From Octopus sinensis (lineage: Eukaryota): a stretch of 58,487 nt of DNA. The stretch is taken from contig NW_021833092.1 of assembly GCF_006345805.1 (NCBI RefSeq), positions 1 to 58,487 on the forward strand. The letters run 5' to 3'. Both the position numbers and the translations under genes were made by a program. Below the pieces are notes generated by a model. That model saw only the letters and a list, made by a program, of their open reading frames with translations, did not search any database and was not told the origin of the DNA. Numbering within the stretch: the first letter of the stretch is position 1; each line of letters begins with the position of its first letter. Positions 37,478-49,857 of the stretch are shown one piece after another.

Positions 37478-39076
37478 CCTCTTTCTTCCCTTCCTTCCTG
37501 AGCGTCCAATAATACTATATTTGTTCCACGTCCTCGCGTTGTTGCGTTTTCTCTTTGTGTTTTCATGTTTGGATTAACTATATATATATATGTGTGTATG
37601 TGTGTGTGTGTGTGTGTGTGTCGAAAATGTATAATAGCATAACAAATCTATCCTACATATACCTGCCCACATCGTCTCGAAACATATAAGAAAGGTGTGT
37701 GGTATTCACTTGAATCTTAATGTTTTAGGAAATGACAATGTAATAGTTCTATGGGATTTTACCCTAAAAATACTTAAGACTGTAATCGCCTTCCTTGTCA
37801 AAAATGACAACAGTTTATTGATAATCAACATAGCAATACTGAATGTCATCAATGTCGTGCAGAAATAAGCTAAAATACACAAACTTAGATATGAACTTTA
37901 AAAAACAAAAAAAAGCATGGCATCTGTGGAACGTGTCTGTCTCCCTATTTTTAATTGGTACGGTTGGCATCATACGCAATCATTTCTATTACGGCATCCT
38001 CACGTTATCTGTAAGAATAGATATAGGATAGACATTGCCCAAAATAGCAATATTATGAGCTATAAATACTAAGATATTCTCATAGAATAGAAATTAACCT
38101 CGGCAAGTTTTCCTGCAGATTTCCAAAGATATACGTAATTCTTTTGATGTAAGAAACGAAACTATGAATTAGAAACAAATAAATATATAATAAACAAAAA
38201 TAATCGACAGAAATATCCTGTGATACTTTACCCTAAAACCAAATTGGTTTCGACATATTACCCTCGTCAGTTTCGTTACCTTGGTAACAGTTGCCAGAAT
38301 TCTCAGATTCTCTGATATCTGCATGACGTCACTAGGATAGGCATAGTGTTGTTATGAAATGCCTTAAAATATCTTCAGACTGCATACGATAATTTTGATA
38401 TGCCTCAGTGATACATAGGCATAGGCACACATAGATACATACAGACACACACATACACACACTCATTCCTTTACTTATTTTATTTTAAGCGTATTTCAAC
38501 CACACCTCAGCAGAGAAGACGTACCGAAAAATAGAGAATAGGTATGCCGCATATGCATTGGCACGCACTCACATATTCGTATATAGATAATGTATGTATG
38601 TATGTATGTATGTATGTATGTATGTATGTATGTATGTATGTAGTAACAAATGGAAAATGGATCTTTCGTCAGTTTCGACGACGACGAATATCCCAGGTGT
38701 CCGATCAATGAGTCAGATACTCATTGTAGTTGCGTATTCCATAGTCACATTTACCCCTACCGCAATCCTCAGATACAATAATACGTCAAAAGAGAGAAGG
38801 CGTGTCCTTTAAATTACAGCTTCATTCTGTTTGGTCACTTCCGACTCTGTTTCTATGAAAAGCAATTTCACTGACACGACTATGGTAAAATGACGAGGAT
38901 ATGACACAAAGGAATCGAACCGGAGATCACACAGTTGCGATGCGACCTTCTTAACCAATCGGCTATCTTTGCATGCGTGCACGTTAGTTTATGTGTAATG
39001 CTAAATTTCAACTCTACATTTCTTTTTCAACCTTCCTCTCCTATCAAACACGCACACACGCAATCACACACACACA

Positions 39077-39131
<55 letters not shown>

Positions 39132-39681
39132 ACTCACTCACACACACACACACACACACACAAATACACACGCACACATCCCTTTCTTCTTGGCGGTATC
39201 AGCATCTGTGTACCCGGGTCTGTTTTCTATGTATGTAAATGTGTGTGTGTGTATGTATGAGTGTGTGTGTGTGTGTGCGTGTGTGTGTGTGCGTGTGTGC
39301 CTATGCAACAGTGTCGTGTTTGGTGCAGGTGATGTAGAACATTCCACAAGTACCAAAATAATTCCATGGTTAGTCATTTGATATGTAAACTAGTGCATAC
39401 TACATCTCACTACTAACCTCCAACGACTTATACATACTCTTACAGACAAACAGATGTACACTCAAACAAATAGACACGCTCACACACACATACTCATACA
39501 TATATATATATATATATATATAGAACTACATAGACATTGAGAAACACATGTATACGTGCATGCAAGCACACACACACATTTATTATGTATATATACGTCT
39601 ATACAAATATACACAAATAAGATATTTAGACAAATATATATATATATACCTACATATGTTTGTGTCTGTATCTATCTACCG

Positions 39682-39764
<83 letters not shown>

Positions 39765-40001
39765 GTTTATATATATATGTGTATATATATATATATTTAC
39801 ACGTTTATGTGTATACGTGCACATATACATACACACACATATATATACACATGCACAAACGCTCACGTACATATGCGTGCATATCATGTTTCTTCGTAAG
39901 TACTTCAAATTTTTAAAGATTAAAGCAGACAAATGCAGACTTACAGATACGCATCATATGCATGTTTAAGCACATACTCCCCAGCCCCACACACGGATGC
40001 A

Positions 40002-40061
<60 letters not shown>

Positions 40062-40101
40062 CACACATGCACGCCTACACATTCTCATGTAGGTACTCAA
40101 T

Positions 40102-40325
40102 CGAGCTGGCAGAAACGTTAGCACGCCGGATGAAATGCTTAGCGGTATTTCGTCTGTCGTTACGTTGTGAGTTCAAATTCCGCCGAGGTTGACTTTGCCT
40201 TTCATCCTTTCGGGATCGATAAATTAAGTACCAGTTCCGCACTGGGGTCGATGTAATCGACTTAATACCTATGTCTGTCCTTGTTTGTCCCCTCTATGTT
40301 TAGCCCCTTGTGGGTAATAAAGAAA
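40102..40325 (+). mobile_element. Group A1 SINE, 14-bp TSD
   Basis: TSD taggtactcaatcg at 40090-40103 and 40326-40339. Confidence 0.93.
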
Positions 40326-41272
40326 TAGGTACTCAATCGTAAATTTTCATATACTGAGGCGTACACAACACACACACACACATGCATTCACGTACTGATG
40401 TAACTATACACGTATATATCTACACACGCACGGACTCTTAGATAAACGCACGCATATTAGGCAAGAGAGAGCGTGTGTGAGAAAGGAGGACAGAAAAAAA
40501 AAGAGTGAGAAAGCATTCAACAAGAAGACTCATGCACAAACACAAGAGGGCCTTTCTTCAAAATATAGTCCATTGTTTTGCTATGTTTCAGACACCCTTG
40601 TGAATATGCTTATCCACCGCCGCCTCCATCACCACCGCCACCACCACCACCACCACCAGCATCACCACCACAACCACCACCACCACCGCCGCCGCCGCCG
40701 CCGCCACCACCAGCATCACCACCACAACCACGAGCACCACGACCACGACCACCACAACCACCACGACCACCACGACAACCACCATCACCAACAACCACCA
40801 ACAACCGCCACCACCACCAATACCGCCCGTCGCCGCCACCTAAATTCTGTCGTACATTTTTAAAAATAAAACTCTGAAGAATGTTTCACATTCACTAACT
40901 TGTTAAAGATGTCCAGATGTACGACCAGAAAACTTTGAGAATTCCTCTATTAGGCGCGTCTCATTCATCCCACTTCACACACTTACACGCTTTTCTCCAT
41001 TCTAACGTACAGACGATAAAGTATAAGCACAAAATTGGTTGAAAGAGTGGTTAAACCTAAAAACAACAGCATGACTACTCCCCGTCAGAAAGGAAACGGA
41101 AACAAAAATTAAATAAATAATCTCAAAGGCAAATGTTGTTTAGCTTCAAATGAGCCCTGTTGCAACCGACCGATGTTGTAAGGCATTCTATCCGTAACCA
41201 TAACTTGGTTTTCTTCAGACAGTGTACCCAGGATTGTATTTACCCAAACAACCCTATACTATTAAACTAAAG

Positions 41273-41495
41273 GCGGCGAGCTGGCAGAAACTTTAGCACG
41301 CTGGGCGAAATGCTTAGCAGAATTTCGTCTGGCTTTACGTTCTGAGTTCAAATTCCGCCGAGGTCGACTTTGCCTTTCATCCTTACTGGGTCGATAAATT
41401 AAGTACCAGTTGCATACCGGGGTCGATCTAATCGACTGGAATCCTCCTCTAAAATTTCGGGTCTTGTGCCTAGAGTAGAAAAGAACCGTTTATTA
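41273..41495 (+). mobile_element. Group A2 SINE, full length
   Basis: ggcggcgagctggcagaaac head, core, tail gtcttgtgcctagagtagaaaagaac. Confidence 0.9.
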
Positions 41496-42299
41496 TTAAA
41501 CTAGAAGAGTGTTCTTTGAGATAAATTTGTCTGATATTTCTAGTTGGTCGATCCTATACTTAGAGTCTCTCGTTGGCTCCACAAGACTTTCTACATTGAC
41601 TCCACTATTAAAGTAAGAGAGGCTCTTTTCCTCTCTCTCTGGACTTTAAGATTCACTGTTCTGGCATCGTCCTACTCAACTGTATGTTATTAATTGGACT
41701 GGAGACATCAGTTCACCTTAGTTTGTTAGACTGTTTCTCAGAAAGTCTGAAGCTGAAAGATGTGTGTGTGTATGTATTCGTATGGCATTATACTTGATAC
41801 TTACGTCAAAAAATATATAGCAATCAACACAGATATGGAGAGTAATATAGTAAAGCAGTCTGAGATAACTTATGCGGTAGGCTATCATTGGTCTCCTATT
41901 TTCGTTCTTTAGATTCTGGTCAACTCCACGTGGTAAAGAAAAAGTTTTTGCCTTGCAGTACGAGAAGTAACAATATTAGATGAGGTGCAGCTACAGAGTG
42001 CACAAGCCTTTTTTTCTTTTTTAGAATGCTCTAAAATTAATAACAAGCAAAGTACTGCCATCCGATTGATAAGAGAAGAGAACCCCATTCACCAATCTCT
42101 CAATAGGAACCCCTTCCCACTGGTATGTGTCTAAGAAGCCGTTGAATGGATCGATGTTGCTCGTCCTTGGGACCTGTGAATTCTAGGCACAGCTTTTTCC
42201 TTCAAATCAAATCACTAGAAAAGATCAAGTAAACAGGAACAAATTCAGGTTCACAAAACATACTATGTTCTCCTTCTCTCTCTCTTTATCTTCATGTCA

Positions 42300-42389
42300 G
42301 TAGGTGAACAAGTAAGTGAACAAGTAAGTGAACAAGTAGGTGAACAAGTAGGTGAACAAGTAAGTGAACAAGTAGGTGAACAAGTAAGC
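42300..42389 (+). repeat. 12-bp tandem repeat gta(a/g)gtgaacaa, about 7.5 copies
   Basis: Directly visible; preceded by a long pyrimidine tract ending in cag at 42298-42300. Confidence 0.95.
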
Positions 42390-45194
42390 CTGTCCCATTC
42401 GCTTATCTGCTTTTATATCTCTCGTCTTTTAATGTCCTCACTGTCCTCTACCAAACTTGTTGTCGGTCGAGTATGACTATTTACTTGCTAAGCTATCATA
42501 TCTAGGTTTCTGAATCACTCCCTGTATATGATTTGTATTTTCTTCTTTGTCGATCGCCGTACGATTTGATCTGTAAATGATAAGAAGCGAAACCAAGTGA
42601 TGCAAAATATTTACTTTGCTCAACCGGTTGTACCAATCTATCACCTTATTTGCTGACTAAAATACAAACAAGCCAATAAAAGATCGTATCCAGTAAACTG
42701 CTTCTTGCAGGTCGCTCGATTTACTAGAACTAGTCACCAAAGCTTCCGCAAATCACATGCTAGATACATCTTAGATATCAAAACAGCTCAAAATTACAGA
42801 TGGAATTCTTCTGATCAAATGTTTGATCAATTAGCAGAAATAACCAGGAGCTAAACAATGACAATAGCAATAGTTAAAAATGTGAATGGAAAAATAATGC
42901 GGGAATCGGCAAATTAAAGAATAGACCCAACGTTTCCTCTGCATATGGTAAAAGGCGACTGCAAGACGTTGAGGTAGGATTTGCACTCTGACCTCGTAAA
43001 ACCCTCACCAGCAATGACTACCCAAACAGATCTACGGGCTGGAGGGTTGTTGCCTGAATGGCGGAAAGAAATCATCCTCCTGGAGTAGGGAGTCACCAAC
43101 AAACGGCGAATGCAGCGACACACTGTTACATTGCATGTCCCCTTACTACTATTGCGACTACTGTGTTATTTCACTTGCGTCCTCAAAGCATACACTTAAC
43201 CATTACATTATTTCAAAACTCATTAATTATAAAATACGTTTCTGGTATTGCCAGAATATTTGCATTCAACCATTATTAAGAATAAAACAGACCATTTATA
43301 TTCTACAGTTTCAGATATTAAACTAATGTTCTGTTTAAGTTGCACTCTCAAATGTTATGATGCACTGTGACTTATAGACCCGTTTGTTGTGAAGCAACGT
43401 ATTTGCTGTCGTAAATATCATGCATCATCGAAACTTGCAGTTACAAATGCTGTGATCCACTATCTCAGTTGCTTTGCAGCACTGAGACTTGTAACTCTAA
43501 TTCTAGTCAGGCAGCAACAACATAACTTTCAATCATATAATATTATAGATATTTAACACTAAACGAGTTAATCTACTGTGTTACAGCACTGCTGTTAACT
43601 TTCAATCTCTTTTTTCTCTGATAAATTAAAATTTTCAATTATCACTGACGCCATACTGCATCATAACACACATCTTATGAATTTTACACTACCATTGCAT
43701 TTTAATATGCCTGCTATATTGCATTCTTCGGTGATTAACATTTAACCTATCAAACTGTTACCTTAATGTTCTATTGATGTTACTCGTTAAAGGGTCAACA
43801 TTCAACATAATTGTTAAGTAATAGGTCACACTGCACACTTCCTGACAGTCAATCGATGTGATATTCTCCTGTAGTCTAAAGTGTAAAATTACAGTCTTAT
43901 ATGATATATAAAGTATCCAAGTTCTCCAATTTCATCTGAAGTCTAACTGCTCCCTGAACGCTAAATTGCAGTCTACAGCAATTGCAGTCTAGTTACATCA
44001 TAAACATAGCTACAATGTGACACAATAGAACAGTGCAAAGCGAAATTGATAGAACGTCGACTTCTTGTGGTATTTAGTTCAAATTCTGCTGGAGTTAACT
44101 TTACCTTTTATTATTCCCGGGGTATAATATATATACTGGGATCGATTCAATTGATTGTTTTCTCCCCAAAATATGTTGCCATTTTCCAAGTTAAATAATC
44201 ACATTATTAACATTATTATAATTAATCAACATTATTGTAACTAATCAAATAATAATAAATACGTATACTATATTACAATATACTGCACTGTACCTTAATT
44301 AGTAGATTAAATAGTCACTGTTGTACATTATATTGCCGTCTATTGTATTACACTTACACAAACCTGCAGTATATGGTATTCAATTACACTTTAGCACGTT
44401 GCACATTGCATCCTCATTATCTTAGATGCAACATATTGTATATTAGTTGAAAGTTTCCTTGTTTTTAATTAATTGCATTGTAATTGCATGGCAACTTTCA
44501 GTATATTGCTTCTTAATCGCATATTAATTAACTAACTTTAAATAAAATTATAATTTCATGTTAACTTGTAATTAGACACAAACTGCATGTTAAACATAAT
44601 TTTAACTTTTAATGCATTTAAAAAATTGCCAAGTTTCTGTGTATTGCATATAATTCTGCAGGCTAAAACCAGTTACAAATGCATGCTAATTGCAAGCTAA
44701 GTCAACTGCTAGTGCAATACTCTCCACATATTGAAACCGAATTTTGTGTCAGAATAAAATATCAGATACAGAATAGATCTCCGTTCTGCATACCCTTAGA
44801 CTCACGGTCTCTGATGATATTTAGTGATGACCTCACGTCAAAAATTAGGCAGAAATTACAATATAAAATTTAGACAATTACTTCAGGTCGAGAACCTACT
44901 CCAGTTGTGAACAACTCTTGACCTAATATTAAACAAGTTCAACCCAAACTTGAGTATTTCTTACATCTTATACGAAGCAGCTGCCAGATGTCTACAACAT
45001 AAATGAAAAGCGCTTCTTAGAATCAAGTGGAATCCTCCTTGTCGTAACCGACGGAGTGCCAGTTTATATGTATTTTTCCTGTATGTATATTTGTATGTAT
45101 ATGTTTCGAATGTATATATCGAGTTAGTGACATTCCCTTGTCTCTCGCGCTGCCGGAAACCGACTGAAGTAGTAACCGGTTACATTGAAAAAAT

Positions 45195-45424
45195 GGCGGC
45201 GAGCTGGCAGAAACGTTAGCACGCCGGGCGAAATGCTTAGCGGTATTTCGTCTGCGTTACGTTGTGAGTTCAAATTCCGCCGAGGTCGACTTTGCCTTTC
45301 ATTCTTTCGGGGTCGATAAATTAAGTACCAGTTACGCACTGGGGTCGATGTAATCGACTTAATACCTATGTCTGTCCTTGTTTGTCCCCTCTGTGTTTGG
45401 CCCCTTGTGGGTAATAAAGAAATA
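45195..45424 (+). mobile_element. Group A1 SINE, full length, 18-bp TSD
   Basis: TSD ggttacattgaaaaaatg at 45178-45195 and 45425-45442. Confidence 0.94.
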
Positions 45425-45811
45425 GGTTACATTGAAAAAATGTAACCAGCGACGCTAATGCTTCTAAGCTGCAATATCAAATTATTAATAAATCTTCGGA
45501 AAGTGCATCTCAGAATCTAGACCTTTCAAAGTACAGAAACTACTTTGACCACGAATAGTTGAAGACCTCCAATGATACATTGTAAGCAAGCCCGCCATTT
45601 ACATATTTGGGACAAAGCCACTGTTATATGTTATGACATAGACAAAAACTTTATCGCAAACATGTGTTCTCTTCAGTTCCAGAACATCTTCGCTCCCGAA
45701 GAGCTGCCGAAACTTCTCTCTATCTCCTTCCTTTCTCTTTCAATAGAATGTTATAGAAAATATCTCGGACAATCGTTTCTACCACAAACACAAATACATC
45801 TTAGATTACAT

Positions 45812-46240
45812 AAAATTGCTAATCCGAATGTGTTCTAAAAATGCTAATCCGAACGTGTTCTAAAAATGCTAATCCGAATGTGTTCTAAAAATGCTAATCC
45901 GAATGTGTTCTAAAAATGCTAATCCGAATGTGTTCTAAAAATGCTAATCCGAATGTGTTCGAAAAATGCTAATCCGAACGTGTTCGAAAAATGCTAATCC
46001 GAACGTGTTCGAAAAATGCTAATCCGAATGTGTTCTAAAAATGCTAATCCGAATGTGTTCTAAAAATGCTAATCCGAATGTGTTCTAAAAATGCTAATCC
46101 GAACGTGTTCGAAAAATGCTAATCCGAACGTGTTCGAAAAATGCTAATCCGAATGTGTTCTAAAAATGCTAATCCGAATGTGTTCGAAAAATGCTAATCC
46201 GAATGTGTTCTAAAAATGCTAATCCGAATGTGTTCTAAAA
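45812..46240. repeat. 25-bp minisatellite, 17 copies (gctaatccgaa[t/c]gtgttc[t/g]aaaaat)
   Basis: gctaatcc recurs every 25 nt from 45818 to 46218; only two variable positions. Confidence 0.97.
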
Positions 46241-47197
46241 CTTCATTCACCAACACACCACAAATGCACAGACATGTTTTAGCTAACTGCTTTCTATTCT
46301 ACCATTACTGCAAAAGTAATCATCTCAGCTAGCAAGATGTCTACCTCCTGCGATTCGCTTTCTGTCTAGTTCTCGTTATTTCTAATAATTCCCTGATAAA
46401 CACTCCCCTCATTCACTAGTTCGATAGCTTCGTGAAACCAGTGTGTATTCAGGTTTTCGAGGTATTTTGGTGATTGTCAATACTAGAACCTCTCCCTGAA
46501 CAGGACATTAATCTAAAACAGGAATAACGCTGCTGTTATTCATTTTCACATGAATTGACAGGAGCAAGGTGGGATGACAAGCTTTGCTGAAGGATACAAC
46601 GCAACGCCGGTCTAAGAATCGAAGCTACAGCCTAACGATCATGATCTCAGTACTCTAGCTCCTAGGATACACGTCTTCCTCTACCTAGAACTCATCTGGA
46701 ACTTCCCGTCAACTTTTGCAAGAAACAACCAGCAGAATTCCAAGCTGAATATCAGCCTCGCCATAACAGACTAAAATATAAAATAGCATTAGCCTATGAA
46801 GTTATATTACAACTTAACTTTAGTATAATCTATAACAATATTTTTTTAATTTCTTTTATATTGCTCTTATATGTTTCAGCCCAAAGGCTGTGGCCATGCT
46901 GGAGCACCGCCAATATGTGCGAATTTCTATGTAAACGTTCATTATAAAACATGCTACATATCTTACTCCATCCCAACTCAACTTCTTGCATATCAAAATG
47001 CTCGTAACCTATTCCACGCATAGGCTAGAAGCTATAGCCAACACAGCGTGTAGGCTATAGCATTTTATAATATCGTATTTGAATTGAATTCAGATGTGTG
47101 AATACAATGTTGCACCATGTTTATCCTGTTGTAGCATAAACTGCATTTTGAAGTGTTTAGCTGCACATTCAACTTATTTACACAGCTCACACAATCA

Positions 47198-47430
47198 ATT
47201 ATACGGTACATTTAAGCTATTATACCGCACAAGTGATCTCTTACACTGCGCGCTTAAGCATTTATAAAGAACAAGTGAGCTATTATACTGCTCACTCAGT
47301 CTATCATAAGGAATATATAATCTCTTATACTGTGCACTTAATCAATAAATAATGGATACATTATCTTTTATACTACACAAGTTATTTTGCTGAACACATA
47401 ATCTTTTATACTTGGCATTTAAAGTTTTAC
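47198..47430. repeat. Degenerate 21-nt repeat with 42-nt alternation
   Basis: Units attatacggtacatttaagct, attataccgcacaagtgatct, cttacactgcgcgcttaagca, tttataaagaacaagtgagct, attatactgctcactcagtct, atcataaggaatatataatct, cttatactgtgcacttaatca. Confidence 0.75.
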
Positions 47431-47686
47431 TGCGTGCATAACGTAGCAAACTACGCACACAACCTGGGTGAGTAGCTGAATATAGCAAACCGTATGGAAA
47501 CCGAATGTTGCTTCTAGAAGCTTAATGTGTCATGTTGCATCTTAACCTGCATTCTAACATGTCAAATTACGCCATAATTATAACCCCAATATCACCAGTT
47601 TGCAACTGTTGTTTGCAATCTCGACTGCATCAAGAATGCAATTTTTAATATGGTGCTGCGGTGTATCAGCTAACTTACAATATATA

Positions 47687-47702
47687 TCACCAGATGGCGC
47701 CA
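47687..47702 (+). promoter_or_regulatory. Candidate CTCF site
   Basis: tcaccagatggcgcca vs consensus CCASYAGRKGGCRS (one mismatch); motif only. Confidence 0.4.
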
Positions 47703-47809
47703 GTTTAAGCAAGGAAAACAATTTATGCTTCAACAGATTGTGAAAGTGGATTGCGTGTATTTGTATGAATAAACCAATGTTGCTTGAGTGTTTGCACGTA
47801 TGTGTGTGT

Positions 47810-47856
<47 letters not shown>

Positions 47857-48210
47857 TGTGTACGTGCGCGCATACATTGTGCATGCGTGTGTATGTGGCC
47901 GACGTTTATTAGACACGTTTTTAACTGCAATTTTCTTTAACGCACTTCCTGAGTTAAACATAGACTGAGGATAGGAGATTGACTTCAGGTGTGTTTCCAG
48001 GTGTTCATAGACCACTACTAGTCAGCAACTGGCAGAACGTCAAAACCTACATTCTATAAAGTGTCAGCGGCAAGTATGAGTGATGAAGGTTTTGGCAAAT
48101 ATACACAAAATATCCAGAGGACTCTCAAGTCGTAGACTGTGGGCAGGTTTTATAAGTTACAAGATCCGAACTGAATAGGAACCTATGCCGGTACAAGATA
48201 CTCTTTAGAG

Positions 48211-48410
48211 CAGTGGTTTTCAACCAGGGTTCCGCCAGTACAGTCCAGGGGTTCCGCAAGAAGTTACAAAACTGCTAAAATGGCAGTAATTTTTAATTTT
48301 CCTGTGCAGATATGTGTGCATAAGACTATTAAATTATTGCACAGGGGTTCCCCGAGCCAGTGGAATGTTTCCTTGGGGTTCCGCTCCAGCAAAAAGTTTG
48401 AAAAGCACTG
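48211..48410. mobile_element. hAT (Charlie-like) MITE (200 bp)
   Basis: TIRs cagtggttttcaac / reverse complement cagtgcttttcaaac; exact 8-bp TSD ctttagag at 48203-48210 and 48411-48418 with central TA. Confidence 0.95.
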
Positions 48411-49376
48411 CTTTAGAGACACAAGAGTGCCAAAATTTGGTGTTCACTACGTACTATTTCAGTATCCGACGCTCGTTGACTTTTGAAATTGTCAAATATT
48501 TGTTGCCGTCTGAGTGGCAGCTGTCGTACGAGTTACACTGTAAATATCACTGCGCCTCAAATGCTTGGCAAGTAAAAGTTGGACGATTTCTCCCAGTTGG
48601 TTGCTTTGAGAAACAGGTACTATGAAGGAAACATTTGGTTCTTGTTTTATGCTCTACTCATATCCTCATTAACTTTTCAAGTACTACTTGAAGGAAGAGC
48701 TACTAGTGTAGAGACAACCTATAGTCTTTAAAAGGAATCAACATTTACTATCTCACAAAATGTGTAGCCGTATTTATGTTACAAGTGTTAATAATTATCC
48801 TGAGTCCGATAAGTTTCAATATAATTAGCTAGACACTCCCCCAAATTAATTTACCGTCACGTCTATGTGAGAACTCATCAAAACAACAACAATTATAATA
48901 GTTTCCAATTTAGGCGCAAGGCCACCAATTTTGTGGTGTGGGATCAGTTGTTACCATCGACGTAAGTACGTGACCGGTACTTTATTTTACGGGTACCGAA
49001 ACGGTGAAAGACAAAGTGATCCCGGTGGGATTCGAACTCAGAAGGTAATGAGCCGAAACACTTTTTCCGACGCTCTAATGAGTCTGCCAACATGTCTGCC
49101 ACTTTTACTAATAGTTGTTACTGATACAAAATACTGATAGTTGTTACAAAATTTCTAACAGGGTTAGACATTTTGAGTGGTGGGATTACGCTGATATCAT
49201 CAGCTCCAGTACTTGGTACTTGACTAGTACTTTTATTTTATCGAACTTAAAAAACGATGAAACTTACAGTTGGCGTTAGCGAGATTTGAACTTAGGACAT
49301 AAAGAGCCGGAACAAATACTACATAGCAATTTCTTCCGACTCTCTAATAATCCTGTCAGTTCACTGCCCTGAATAA

Positions 49377-49441
<65 letters not shown>

Positions 49442-49514
49442 ACAGCAGCAACAACAACAACAACTCAAACAACTCAAACAACAACAACAACAGCAGCATT
49501 TTTTCCGATGTTGT

Positions 49515-49771
49515 GGATTGTTAGAAACGTTAACGCATCGGACAAAATCCTTTGCAGTATCCGTTCCAGCTCTTTACATTTCAAATTCAAACCAGCCAAG
49601 TTCGACTTCGCCATTCGTATTTCGAGGAGTCCATTTAATAAGCACCTGTGCTTTATTAGACGTCGATGTAATCGTCTACACTCCACTCAGCAGCACTCTT
49701 TCCCCAAATGTTTGTGGCCTGATGCCAATATGAGATGTCATTATATTATTATTATAATTATTATAATTATT

Positions 49772-49857
<86 letters not shown>

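Noticed and set aside
38660-38685. cgaaactgacga (minus strand) containing both hammerhead core words
   Set aside because: GAAA and CUGACGA are adjacent, leaving no room for stems III and I.
45812-46240. Regular 25-bp array as a CRISPR
   Set aside because: Units are contiguous with no unique spacers, there are no cas genes and the context is eukaryotic.
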